Both the position numbers and the translations under genes were made by a program. Positions 1 to 11,448 of a DNA stretch of 64,000 nucleotides are shown one piece after another (position 1 is the stretch's first letter; each line of letters starts with the position of its first letter). Source of the stretch: Eledone cirrhosa (taxonomy: Eukaryota); the NCBI GenBank assembly GCA_964016885.1, contig OZ024748.1, positions 53,320,001-53,384,000 on the forward strand, read 5' to 3'. The notes below the pieces were generated by a model, which had not been told where the DNA came from, searched no databases, and saw nothing but the letters and a program-made list of their open reading frames with translations.

Positions 1-920
1 TATTGGCGACCTACGTAGGAAATCGTATCATCGTGAGCTCCGCAAAGTTTTGTTGCTTTCAGTTGTTTCAAATTGACATTTATGGAAATTTTTTGTTGTT
101 AGGTGTTTATAAGGTCACATAATTTGCTTTCGGAAAAGGACACTCAAAAATATTGGGGCCTTGAGCCCAAAATTTAAACTTTTATAATTATCAAACAAAA
201 AATTAGTTTGAAAAAACATGGAAGACTCACAGCTACACCAGGCTGACAGCCTTCCTCACAAACTAACACCTCACACCAACACCACCATTGTAAATATTAC
301 TACGTTTGCCAACACTAAAAATATAAGCAGTAGCAATAATTTAAATTTGTCTCATGCAGACATTCATTTCCCGCCATTACCAATGACTGTAGGTGTTGAA
401 GCCGCCACCCCCACCACCACCACAGCGACAACAGAAACAAAAAAAATATTATCTCGTGACATCGAAATGGATTCACCCAGAATCAACTTTTTCACACCGA
501 ACACCACTGACGCCACCACCACCACAACTGAAACTAAAAATAACAATAACAAAAACAACAATAACAACAACAGCAACAACAACAATGAGAATAACAACAA
601 AAACATCAACACCGCCGTGTCGTTTGCCAAAGCAGCCAAAAAATGCGAAACAATCCAGGTAACTCAGGAGGAATTAGATGAAGCCGAGAGAATGGTAAAG
701 AAAGATGAGTACAGGGTCAGCCCTGTTTAGCTTGATTTGTTTTTTGGCTTAGGTGCTTTATGGCTTCTTGACCCTCTTCTCAGTTTGTATGGCCTTTATA
801 ACGTATGTTTATTGCTCTGGTCTTTTTTAGCCCATGGAGCGCTTGCCAGCATGACTCGGAATTTGCGTTACCTTTAGCTTTTTCTACTCACTGAAATGCG
901 ATTCTCGCTGAATTTATATT

Positions 921-921
<1 letters not shown>
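1..921 (+). mobile_element. Internally deleted retroelement remnant (probable L1/Tx1-type non-LTR): ORF1/gag-like N-terminus (218-730) joined to a 3' tail ending at a (TA)n tract
   Basis: ORF 218-730 has a low-complexity N/T-rich region plus FPPLP and SFAKAAK motifs typical of non-LTR ORF1 N-termini. 837-921 (gagcgcttgcca...ctcggaa...gaaatgcgattctc...ttatatttgta) is homologous to about 36135-36216 on the - strand, and both end on (TA)n. Confidence 0.45.
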
Positions 922-967
<46 letters not shown>

Positions 968-984
968 CTAATTGTTTCTATACA

Positions 985-1052
985 AATTGACCATCGTGTT
1001 ATAACTTATGTTTCTTCAGGGGATTTGAAATATATTAACCAGATGGTCAATT
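985..1052 (+). ncRNA. Imperfect RNA hairpin (candidate structured element)
   Basis: aattgaccatc (985-995) pairs with gatggtcaatt (1042-1052); inner tatgtttc/gaaatata contains a G-U pair. Confidence 0.45.
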
Positions 1053-1252
1053 GCGAGGGAAAGAAGATAAAGCGATATTTTTATATCTACACTGTTTTTA
1101 ACGTGTCTTTTTCGCTTTTAATTGTTTCTTCATGTTGGGTCTGTCTATCTGTCTGTCTGTTCTCCTATCTCACCTTCTTTGCCGTCTAACTATCTCTCTC
1201 TCCCTCTCTCTCACCGTCTCTCCGTCCCCCTCTGTCTCTCTCTGTCTCTCTG

Positions 1253-1305
<53 letters not shown>

Positions 1306-1337
1306 ATATATATGAGAAGAAGCGAGGAAGTTGATAC

Positions 1338-1409
1338 ACAAGTTGATACACAATAAAAATCTTATACGTGTAAACACACGTATAAGATTTTCATTGTGTA
1401 TCAACTTGT
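1338..1409. repeat. Near-perfect palindrome, 34-bp arms, 4-nt loop
   Basis: acaagttgatacacaataaaaatcttatacgtgt-aaac-acacgtataagattttcattgtgtatcaacttgt, one mismatch; a 12-bp direct duplication lies just upstream. Confidence 0.9.
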
Positions 1410-1579
1410 TGCGTGCGTTTCGCAGAGGATTGGCTCACATTCACTCCATTATCGATCTACTCATCAGACTTGCAATGTGTACCAAAAAATATAGTCGTTG
1501 TTTTTCTCATATATACACTCAGCCTATGCATAGAGTGCTTGTTGGGGTACCACCACCAGTAATTCACTGAATCACCTAC

Positions 1580-2242
1580 ACTATATATATATATATATAT
1601 ATACCGTAATGCTGCTGCTGCTGCTGCTACTACTACTACTGTTAATACTACCACCAATACTACTACTAGCATCAACACACCACGGCCATCAACATATCCT
1701 ACCACCACCACCACCACCACAAATACCACTATCACCTCCGCCACTTCCACCATCACCACCACCATCACTACCACCAACATCACCACCGCCAACACTACCA
1801 TACCACCAACGCAACCACCACCACCACAACTCTACCACACCACCACCACCAATACCACCACCACCAACACCACCACCACCAGTACCAACACCACTACCAC
1901 CACACCACGACCAGTACCAACACCACCACCACCAGTACCAACACCACTACCACCACACCACCACCACCAATACCACCACCACCAACACCACCACGACCAG
2001 TACCAACACCACCACCACCAGTACCAACACCACTACCACCACACCACCACCACCAATACCACCACCACCAACACCACCACCACCAGTACCAACACCACCA
2101 CCACCAATACCACCACCACCAGTACCACCACTACGACCAACACCACCACCACTAGTACCAACACCACCACCACCACGACCAGTACCAACACCACCACCAC
2201 CAGTACCACCAACACCACTACCACCACACCACCACAACTACA
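1580..2242. repeat. (TA)n, (CTG)n and (CAC/CCA)n-derived low-complexity tract
   Basis: Directly visible; the Pro/Thr/His ORFs are repeat translations. Confidence 0.9.
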
Positions 2243-2519
2243 AGTAGGTGTTGTGAAACTGTCCACCAACAAATATAAAACAGACATGAAGAAACAGGCA
2301 AAAAAAACAAACACAGAGCAATATAATAACCAAATAAATATATAAGAAAAAGGAAGGAAAAAATAATTAATTAGAAAAGAAAATGGTATTGTTAATGAGG
2401 ACAGCAACTTAATTAGTTACAACACATTGATGAAGGTCAGCACTTTAGATGCAGCTGCAGTGTCCGTTGTCATGGTTACTCTTTGTCAATTTAGTTTTGG
2501 CAACATTCATAACAACTAT

Positions 2520-2576
2520 AGGTATATTTATATATATGTATATTTATATATATGTATATATATATATGTATGTATG

Positions 2577-2610
<34 letters not shown>

Positions 2611-2620
2611 GGTGTGTATG

Positions 2621-2651
<31 letters not shown>

Positions 2652-3365
2652 CTAGATATATGTAGATGTATATATATGTATATATATATATATGTGTATA
2701 TGTACATGTATATATTTGTATATGTATATATTTATATATGTATATATATATATATATATGTATATGTACATGTATATATTTGTATATGTATATATTTATA
2801 TTTGTATATGTATATATTTATATATGTATATGTATATATACATATGTATATGTATATATTTATATTTGTATATGTATATATTTATATATGTATATGTATA
2901 TATACATATATATATGTATATGTATATATACATATATATGTATATATATATATGTACATATATGTGTATATATATGAATATGTATATATACATATATATG
3001 TATATATATATATATGTACATATATGTGTATATATATGAATATGTATATGTACATATATGTATATATATGAATATGTACATATATATATATATATATGAA
3101 TATGTATATATATATGTATATGTACATATACGTGTGTGTGTTTGTACATATATATATGTGTGTACGTGTGTGAATATCTGTTTATGTATATATATTTATA
3201 TATGTGTGAGAGTGTATGTTTATATATCTGTGTATGTTATGTATCTGTGTGTGTTTATGTATATAAACATATACATATATATGTTGGTAATATATATATG
3301 TATGTATATGTTTATGTATATATATATCTGTGTGTTTATGTATATATACCAACATATATATGTTA

Positions 3366-3421
<56 letters not shown>

Positions 3422-3460
3422 GTGTGTGTTAATGTATATAAACATATACATATATATGTT

Positions 3461-3511
<51 letters not shown>

Positions 3512-3550
3512 GTGTGTGTTAATGTATATAAACATATACATATATATGTT

Positions 3551-3589
<39 letters not shown>

Positions 3590-3662
3590 GTGTGTGTTAA
3601 TGTATATAAACATATACATATATATGTTGGAATATATATATGTATGTATATGTTTATATATG
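2520..3662. repeat. (TA)n/(TATG)n microsatellite with a higher-order unit of about 90 bp (tctgtgtgtgttaatgtatataaacatatacatatatatgttgg + TA run)
   Basis: Directly visible; the unit recurs at about 3419, 3509 and 3586. Confidence 0.9.
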
Positions 3663-3758
3663 ATGTGAGTCTCTGTAAACAGAAACATAAGCAAAAACTA
3701 ATAATAACTATTTCTAAAAACAACAGAGTTTATAAGAACAACGACAATTAAAGCTGGG

Positions 3759-3873
3759 GTTTGACATGGTTGTTACTCCGAGTTTCCTGAACAGGATTTA
3801 CTACCTAATTAATATACAGGCCCATAGAAGCATTATATATTCGGGGCAAAACGAGGAGTATACGATGTTCGAC
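3759..3873 (+). ncRNA. Imperfect RNA hairpin
   Basis: Nested pairs gacat/atgtt, tactcc(3774)/ggagta(3855), gttt/aaac, cctgaa(3786)/ttcggg(3840), with G-U pairs on +. Confidence 0.45.
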
Positions 3874-3880
3874 TGACACG

Positions 3881-4170
3881 TTCATAGGCTGACCAAGTTA
3901 CTCTCATGGAATGACCAACTGAGGTATATTTTTGAACATAGTCTCTAGAAAGAAACAATGCAGTTATTAAGAAGAGTTGAAATTAATGCATGCAAGATTT
4001 CACAGCTCTAGCATCATTGCTTCATAGGCTGACCAACATACTTTCATGGAATGATCAAAAGAGATTTATTTTTCAACATACTCCCCGGAAAGAAACAATG
4101 CTGTTATTAATAATAAGAGTTGAAATTAATGCATGCAAGATTTCACAGCTTTAGCATCACTCCTTCATAA
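3881..4170. repeat. Tandem duplication, about 140-bp unit x2
   Basis: ttcataggctgacc...gaagagttgaaattaatgcatgcaagatttcacagct at 3881 and 4021. Confidence 0.85.
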
Positions 4171-4204
4171 AGATATGCCCCTCTCACACCACACTCACAC
4201 GCAC

Positions 4205-4263
<59 letters not shown>

Positions 4264-4418
4264 CGCCCATGGATAACCCGCAGCGTAATTGTAAGTTGAA
4301 CATTTTAGTTTGATTTTTATTAATTGTTTACAAATTTCGTCTTTGTTTTCTACTTGGAAGTCATGGTCGAGTGCTTCCTGGTTCATTTTCTCTTTTTTTC
4401 TTTTTTTTTCTTTTAATT

Positions 4419-4744
4419 TGAGAGAATGTGCTAACGTGTTCTTTGAAATAGCAGGTGCTTGCTTACCTCCTCTACACTGTCACGGGACACTGAAAGTGGA
4501 GCTGGCTACTGTAATGGCGAGTTCAAACCAAGACAATAGTCTCGTACTGATCTGTTCGGAAGAGGGTAATTCCTCGCTAATGAAGCTGCTCACAGCTAAT
4601 TACGTAATGCTTAATAGCATTACCTCATTTCTGTGTACGCCAGCTCCAAATGGACTGTTGCCATCGGATGGCGTAGCAGAAACTAGTGCATTAGTCCGGG
4701 GCCAGAGAATCAAACTCTATACCCACACGAAATCGTTTTTCTCA
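4419..4744 (+). ncRNA. Long (about 325 nt) imperfect RNA hairpin
   Basis: Nested stems: tgagagaa/ttttctca, cgtgt/acacg, ttctttg/cagagaa, ctacactgtc/gatggcgtag, tggagctggc(4497-4506)/gccagctcca(4639-4648, perfect 10 bp), gagggtaat/attacctc. Confidence 0.6.
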
Positions 4745-4872
4745 CATTTGATGTATAAGTGTGCTTTCTGCTTTCCTTTTGTTTGGTATTATAATGATAC
4801 TGGCTTAATTAAAGCATTGAGTGAGTGGGAAATGACCGAAGACATTTCTGTCCGATCTGATGACTTCGTTTC

Positions 4873-5038
4873 AGGGTCGGATGCCATGCTTTCCAGCATA
4901 GAGTTACGCCCCTTTACGGTCTGAGTTCAAATCCCGCGGAAGTTAACTTTGCCTTTCATCCTTACTAGGTCGATAAAATAAAGTACCAGTAATGTACTGG
5001 AATAATTACTGGCCTTGCGCCAAAAGTAGAAACAATTA
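4873..5038 (+). mobile_element. tRNA-derived SINE family A (5' truncated)
   Basis: B-box gagttcaaatccc followed by core ctttgcctttcatcc...gtcgataaaataaagtaccag and tail ggccttg...aaagtagaaacaatt. Confidence 0.85.
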
Positions 5039-5120
5039 TTGTTCGTCTAACTGACTAGTCTGTTCTGGAGAACTATCGAGTTGGGGATGATGGATAACTT
5101 CTAGAAATCCCTCGCTTGGC

Positions 5121-5165
5121 AATGCTGATTGAGTTGGGGTCCAGAACCCAGCGAAACTTAAGCCT
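5121..5165 (+). ncRNA. Degenerate hammerhead-like motif in a probable PLE terminal fragment
   Basis: CTGATTGA (1-nt insertion) - GTTGGG/CCCAGC stem II - GAAA - C-TTAA-G palindromic stem III; the cleavage triplet is mutated (GCC). Confidence 0.35.
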
Positions 5166-5427
5166 CTGCTTATGTCACTGTTGTAATTATTCATATTAAA
5201 CTCGTCCTATTCACTGAGTGCACTTACCCTTAGATATTTCTACCAAACCTTTTGCATTACTACCATGTTGTTTGTTTACTTTCCCCTTCCAATTCGCTCT
5301 GTCCCGATAACTTAATTTAGTTATCGCTCGCACTGATTTTAAGTATCTAGTCTTTAATGCGAAGAAATACCAATGATAATCAGCAGACTACTGGTGATGG
5401 ACAGTCCTGTTTCTCGGTCTATTTTCA

Positions 5428-5466
<39 letters not shown>

Positions 5467-5587
5467 CAATATGTCTACCTGAAGGTTTCTTTACAAGCTG
5501 ATTATATAGAATAGTTAGCAGAAAGTAATGAAACACGTGTAGTTAATGTCTGTGTGTGGTAGAAAATATACCACATTTCATCTCTTA

Positions 5588-6850
5588 ATCATCACCACCG
5601 GCAACACCATCACCACCACCACCACCATCACCCCTAACAACAGCAACACCATCACCACCACCACCAACACCCCCAACACCAGCAACACCATCACCACCAC
5701 CACCATCACCCCCAACAACAGCAACACCATCACCACCACCACCACCATCACCCCCAACACCAGCAACACCATCATCACCTCCACCATCAACCCCAACACC
5801 AGCAACACCAGCACCACTAGCAACACCATCACCACCACCACCAACACCCCCAACAACAGCAACACCATCACCACCACCACCAACACCCCCAACACCAGCA
5901 ACACCATCACCACCACCACCAACACCCCCAACACCAGCAACACCATCACCACCACCACCAACACCCCCAACACCAGCAACACCATCACCACCACCACCAA
6001 CACCCCCAACACCAGCAACACCATCACCACCACCACCATCACCCCCAACACCACCACCAGCAACACCAGCATCACCATCACCATCACCACTACCACCATC
6101 ACCCCCAACACCACCACCAGCAACACCAGCATCACCATCACCATCACCACCACCACCATCACCACCAACACCAGCGATGATGACAATAATGACGAGGATG
6201 AGGAAGGGGAGGAGGTTAAAAATTGACATTACCACACCCACGAGGCACTACCACCTCCAGCACTCCCACCACCACTTTCACTACCCCCGCAGCCACTACC
6301 ACCAGCACCACTACTACAACCTCTACTACCACCAGCTGTACCACCAGCACCACTACTACAACCTCTACTACCTCCAGCTTAACCAGCACCACTACTACAA
6401 CCACAACTACCACCACAACTACCACCACTACAACCACCACTACTACCACCACTACTACCACCACCACTACCACCACCACCACTACCACCACTACCACCAC
6501 CACCACCACCACCACCACCACTACCACCACCACTACCACCACCACTAATACTCCACCACTACCACCACCACTACCACCACCACTAATACTCCACCACCAC
6601 TACCACCACCACTAATACTCCACCACTACCACCACCACCACCACTACCACTAATACTCCACCACCACTACCACCACCACCACCACCACCACTAATACTCC
6701 ACCACTACCACCACCACTACCACCACCACTAATACTCCACCACCACTACCACCACCACTACCACCACCACTAATACTCCACCACCACTACCACCACCACT
6801 AATACTCCACCACTACCACCACCACCACCACTACCACCATTACTACCTCC
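5588..6850. repeat. (CAC/CAA/CTA)-derived minisatellites (about 36-bp caacaccatcaccaccaccaccaacacccccaacaccag unit; ctaatactccaccac unit)
   Basis: Directly visible tandem units. Confidence 0.9.
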
Positions 6851-6863
6851 GGCAGTACCACCC

Positions 6864-6940
6864 ATTAAGTCGTCACTACCTCGAGGCCATTTAAACTCAT
6901 TTCCATAGTGTTAGTTTTCCTCGAAGTGAAACGAACTAAT
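6864..6940 (+). ncRNA. Imperfect RNA hairpin
   Basis: atta/taat, tcg/cga, tcact/agtga and tcgagg(6881)/cctcga(6919) are nested. Confidence 0.45.
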
Positions 6941-7134
6941 TATATTCCGGCAGAACAACAACAACAACAACATGACAACGACAACAACATGACAACGACA
7001 ACAACAACTACAACATGACAACTACAACACTGTGACAACGATGAGAACAAAAAACTACAACTATAACATGACAATGACAACAACAAAGATATCAACAACA
7101 ATGTGAAGATTAACAATAACATGACAATATTGAC

Positions 7135-7490
7135 AATGTCACAACAACAACAATGTCACAACAACGTCACAACAACAATGTCACAACAACGTCACAACAA
7201 CAATGTCACAACAATGTCACAACAACAACAACGTCACAACAATGTCACAACAACAATGTCACAACAACAACAATGTCACAACAACGTCACAACAACAATG
7301 TCACAACAATGTCACAACAACAACAATGTCACAACAACAACAACGTCACAACAATGTCACAACAACAACAATGTCACAACAACAACAACGTCACAACAAT
7401 GTCACAACAACAATGTCACAACAACAACAATGTCACAACAACGTCACAACAACAATGTCACAACAACAACAATGTCACAACAACAATGAT
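7135..7490. repeat. tgtcacaacaa(caa)n minisatellite
   Basis: Directly visible. Confidence 0.9.
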
Positions 7491-7644
7491 AACTGTAACT
7501 ACAACAATATGGACAACAACAATAACTACAACAACAATAATAACTATAACAGCAACAACAACAATCTCGAGATTAACTACAACAACGACATTAACAATAA
7601 CACCGACAATAACTACAACAATAAAGATAACAACAATATCAAAT

Positions 7645-8636
7645 GATGATGGTTAAGACGATGGTTATGATGATGGTTATGATGATGGTTATGATGATGG
7701 TTATGACGATGGTTATGATAATGGTTATGACGGTAGTTATGGCGATGGTTATGACGATAGTTAGGATGATGGTTATGGCGATGGTTATGACGGTAGTTAT
7801 GACGATGGTTATGACGGTAGTTATGATGATGGTTATGATGATGGTTATGACGATGGTTATGATGATGGTTATGACGATGGTTATGGCGATGGTTATGACG
7901 ATGGTTATGATGATGGTTATGACGATGGTTATGGCGATGGTTATGATGATGGTTATGACGGTGGTTATGATGATGGTTATGATGATGGTTATGACGATGG
8001 TTATGACGGTAGTTATGATGATGGTTATGATGATGGTTATGACGATGGTTATGGCGATGGTTATGACGATGGTTATGGCGGTGGTTATGACGGTAGTTAT
8101 GATGATGGTTATGATGATGGTTATGACGATGGTTATGGCGATGGTTATGATGATGGTTATGACGATGGTTATGGCGATGGTTATGACGATGGTTATGACG
8201 ATGGTTATGGCGATGGTTATGACGATGGTTATGATGATGGTTATGACGATGGTTATGGCGATGGTTATGACGATGGTTATGATGATGGTTATGACGATGG
8301 TTATGGCGATGGTTATGGCGATGGTTATGACGGTAGTTATGATGATGGTTATGATGATGGTTATGACGATGGTTATGACGGTAGTTATGATGATGGTTAT
8401 GATGATGGTTATGACGATGGTTATGGCGATGGTTATGACGATGGTTATGGCGATGGTTATGACGATGGTTATGATGATGGTTATGGCGATGGTTATGGCG
8501 ATGGTTATGACGATGGTTATGATGATGGTTATGACGATGGTTATGGCGATGGTTATGGCGATGGTTATGATGATGGTTATGACGATGGTTATGGCGATGG
8601 TTATGACGATGGTTATGACGATGGTTATGACGATAA
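7645..8636. repeat. 12-bp minisatellite gatggttatga(t/c) / gatggttatggc, about 80 copies
   Basis: Directly visible, with a strict 12-bp period. Confidence 0.95.
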
Positions 8637-8697
8637 CGATAGCAAAGAATGATGGGGACAATTTCTTATTCTGGCACAACACTTATTTGTATGGAAT

Positions 8698-8890
8698 AAT
8701 TGTGTCTATTTTTGGCACAAGGCCAGCAATTCCCCAGTGTATTACTGGTACTTTATTTTATTCATCCACGTAAGGATGAAAGGCAAAGCTAACTTCGGTG
8801 AGATTTGAACTCAGAACATAAAGGGACGTAACTCTATGCTGCCAAGCAGGGTGTCCGACCCTCTATCGATTCTGCCAATAACTGGCAGTA
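8698..8890 (-). mobile_element. SINE family A
   Basis: Reverse complement of the family A head, core and tail. Confidence 0.85.
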
Positions 8891-8894
8891 TGGG

Positions 8895-9272
8895 TATGGA
8901 TCTCCCTGGACTCAAGTCTTGCATCAGGTTGCCTGTGAACCTTCACAATATCGTAGAGATCATAGTTCACTGGTTCTCTTTGAACATGGCTGCGACTGTG
9001 ACTCCTGAGACCAGATTTGCTCAAGCAAATTTTTCCACACTCAGGGCACTTCAATTATGCCGTTTGATCTTCTCGTGCTCTACGCGTCTGTCCGCAAAAT
9101 TATGGACCCTATCATTCACCATTCCACGCCAAGTTTCTCTTTCAAGCGCCTCTATCTCCCAGTCGGCCACCATCAAACCAGTTTTTTCAATGAGTCCTTT
9201 ACACAATCCTTGAATCGGAGCCTTAGATTGTGGGGTGGTCTCTTAGACTCACAAAGCTCGCCATACAAAAGT
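8895..9272 (-). mobile_element. RTE-clade LINE 3' fragment with C-terminal C2H2 finger (frameshifted)
   Basis: LLYGELCESKRPPHNLRLRFKDCVKDSLK and KCPECGKICLSKSGLRSHSRSH match the RTE ORF C-terminus pattern. Confidence 0.75.
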
Positions 9273-9366
9273 ATATATATATATAGAGAGAGAGAGAGAA
9301 GTAGTTCCACAACAGTTAATTCACCATTTCCGAGAACAATTGTTTCCGGACCATCAGCTCGGTTTA

Positions 9367-9403
<37 letters not shown>

Positions 9404-9409
<6 letters not shown>

Positions 9410-9825
9410 TGAATATAAAAGAAAGACTAACACAGATATATACATATATGTGTTCAAATCGTAAGGGACCAGATTCGCTAAGGTGGAAAGAATACTAACT
9501 ATAGACAATAGGGTTTGCCTGACTCAATTTAAGAATAAATCAAGGAAATAAATACAAACCGGAATTGTTGTAACTACCAATCACCCAGTACTTTTGGTAC
9601 TGCTGTTTCGCAATATTAATTGTAAATAGGAATGCTATTGTCTATAGTTAGTATTCTTTTCACCTTAACGAATCTGGTCCCTTACGATTTCAACACATAT
9701 ATCTATATATCTGTGTTCGGCTTTCTTTTATATTCAATTATACTATACGGCTCGGAAAAATCTCTTTCCTAGAGCTATTTTATTGTAAGAGACTATTTTG
9801 AGTTTCTAACTCAATATATACCTTT
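9404..9825. mobile_element. PLE-like terminal fragment with a partial inverted copy (about 105-bp inverted arms 9404-9510 / 9635-9742); family copy at 50970-51310
   Basis: gtaagggaccagattcg...gaatactaactatagacaatag is mirrored by ctattgtctatagttagtattc...gaatctggtcccttac. It is homologous to 50970-51310 and flanked by (TA)n. Confidence 0.6.
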
Positions 9826-9991
9826 GCTATATATGTATATATATATAACCAAAAGTTAAACAAGGTTCATTGATTAATCAATGAATATAGTTTTACAATA
9901 GATTAGAAGCACTCAACAACAACAAATTTTCTGGAGTTATTAATATTAATTCAAAATATTAATAAATGTAGACATTTACGTAATCAAAATT

Positions 9992-10057
9992 TATTTTATT
10001 ATATATATTTCGGAGATACTGTGCTGTTTTTTCAGTACGTCCTCATCAGATAAAATA
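9992..10057 (-). ncRNA. Type I hammerhead ribozyme (PLE-type, family H3), complete
   Basis: On -: stem I TATTTTAT, CTGATGA, stem II GGA-c-GTACTG/CAGTAT-c-TCC, GAAA, palindromic TATATA minimal stem III, AUA cleavage triplet, stem I ATAAAATA. Confidence 0.7.
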
Positions 10058-10104
10058 CATAAATTGATGTATGACATACCTCAACTGTGCTGATTGTTCA
10101 ATTC

Positions 10105-10341
10105 CCATCTTTTCTCAATCATCTCTAGTGTGTGACGTCATCACCCCTTCCTTCCTCAATCATCTCTAGTGCGTGACGTCATCACCCCTTCCTTCCTCAA
10201 TCATCTCTAGTGCGTGACGTCATCACCCCTTTCTTCCTTCTACAATCATCGCTAGTGCGACGTCATCACCCCTTCCTTCCTCAGTCATCTCTAGTGTGTG
10301 AAGAAAGGACGGACGGAAGTCGTTCAGATTTATATATAGAT
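10105..10341 (-). mobile_element. Possible non-autonomous Helitron-like element containing a minisatellite of about 41 bp (4-5 units, most with TGACGTCA)
   Basis: The - strand begins atctatatataaa (Helitron-like 5' TC end); unit catcaccccttccttcctcaatcatctctagtgcgtgacgt. Confidence 0.4.
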
Positions 10342-10446
10342 GCCTTTGTTACGTCTCCTTTTCTGACTGGATTCATTCCATGTTCAAAACTTGCCTATGA
10401 TTAACAATGTTCTCAAAACTGCTTCTGTTATTAGTATCGCTATTTA

Positions 10447-10629
10447 GCGGTGGATTGGCAGTATCGGTAGAGGGTCGGACGCCATGCTTTCCAGCATAGT
10501 TACGTCCCTTTACGATCTGAGTTCAAATCCCGCCGAGGTTGACTTTGCCTTTCATCCTTACGGGGTCGATAAAATAAAGTACCAGTAATGCACTGAGTAA
10601 TTGCTGGCCTTGTGCCTAAAGTAGAAACA
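10447..10629 (+). mobile_element. Full-length SINE family A with a 20-bp target-site duplication
   Basis: A-box tggcagtatcggtaga, B-box gagttcaaatccc; TSD gttattagta(t/a)cgctattta at 10427-10446 and 10630-10649. Confidence 0.9.
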
Positions 10630-10723
10630 GTTATTAGTAACGCTATTTAAAATATTTTCGTTTGACAATATATATATATATGTGTGTGTGCTTGATGGTA
10701 TTGTTGTGTCTGCTGCTGTGATT

Positions 10724-10950
10724 GTTGTTGACAAACATGTCATTTTAATAGTTCATACTTGTGAAATTGTCCATAAAACGACATTAACTTTTTTACTTTT
10801 AAAATGTGTGAGTTGTCTGGATGTAAAATATTTTTATTAATTTTGAATTTTGTTTGTTTTATGAGTAGCAGTGTTAATTTCGAAAACATTTTTCTCGTAG
10901 AAAGAAGTCGTCTCAATGTCGCGTAGCAATTTTAAAGGAATGTCAACAAC
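10724..10950 (+). ncRNA. Long imperfect RNA hairpin
   Basis: gttgttgaca/tgtcaacaac (10 bp), tgaaattg/taatttcg, cataaaacga/ttgttttatg, attaa/ttaat and ttttac/gtaaaa are nested. Confidence 0.55.
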
Positions 10951-10991
10951 CCCCAAAAAAACAAGACATTTTGCCCCAAACTTAGGGAACA

Positions 10992-11216
10992 TCTTCTTCT
11001 TCTTCTTCTTCTTCTTCTTCTTCTTTCCGTTCTTTTTTTTTTCTTCTTCTTTTCTTCTTTTTCTTCTTCTTTTCCTTCTTCTTTCTTCTTCTTTTTCTTC
11101 TTTCCCTTCTTTTTTTCTTTTCTTTTTCTTTTTCTTTTTCTTTTTCTTTTTCTTTTTCTTTTTCTTTTCATTCTTTCCCTTCTTTTTTTCTTTTTTTCTT
11201 CTTTTCTTCTTCTTCT
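10992..11216. repeat. Polypyrimidine (CTT)n/(TTTTTC)n tract
   Basis: Directly visible. Confidence 0.9.
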
Positions 11217-11448
11217 AATTGTGAGAACAAAGTACTCAGACACGCCTTCCAGGTGGTCCTGTCAGAAGCAACCGTTGCCAATTGATCCGGCTAGATCCCC
11301 AAGCGGGACCAACCGAGCTCATAGATGTTATCGAACCTTTTAGCTCGTGGCCAACCAGATATCCAACCGGTTAGCTTTACACCTAAAATCTGTCCTGTGA
11401 TTCTTTCCTTGGACATTTTAATCATATGTCCGTAGTACCAGTGCTGTG

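Noticed and set aside
4467-4489. 23-nt - strand microexon (tttcag|TGTCCCGTGACAGTGTAGAGGAG|gtaag)
   Set aside because: The splice signals are plausible, but there are no partner exons and structural strand bias points to +. It cannot be supported without RNA-seq.
4310-4924. 204-aa ORF as a protein-coding gene
   Set aside because: It starts at TTG, crosses a poly-T tract, ends inside a SINE, and has no recognisable domain. It is better explained as a structured non-coding island.
8990-9054. C2H2 zinc-finger gene (cephalopod C2H2 expansion)
   Set aside because: It is a single finger directly downstream of RTE C-terminal motifs, so it belongs to the LINE.
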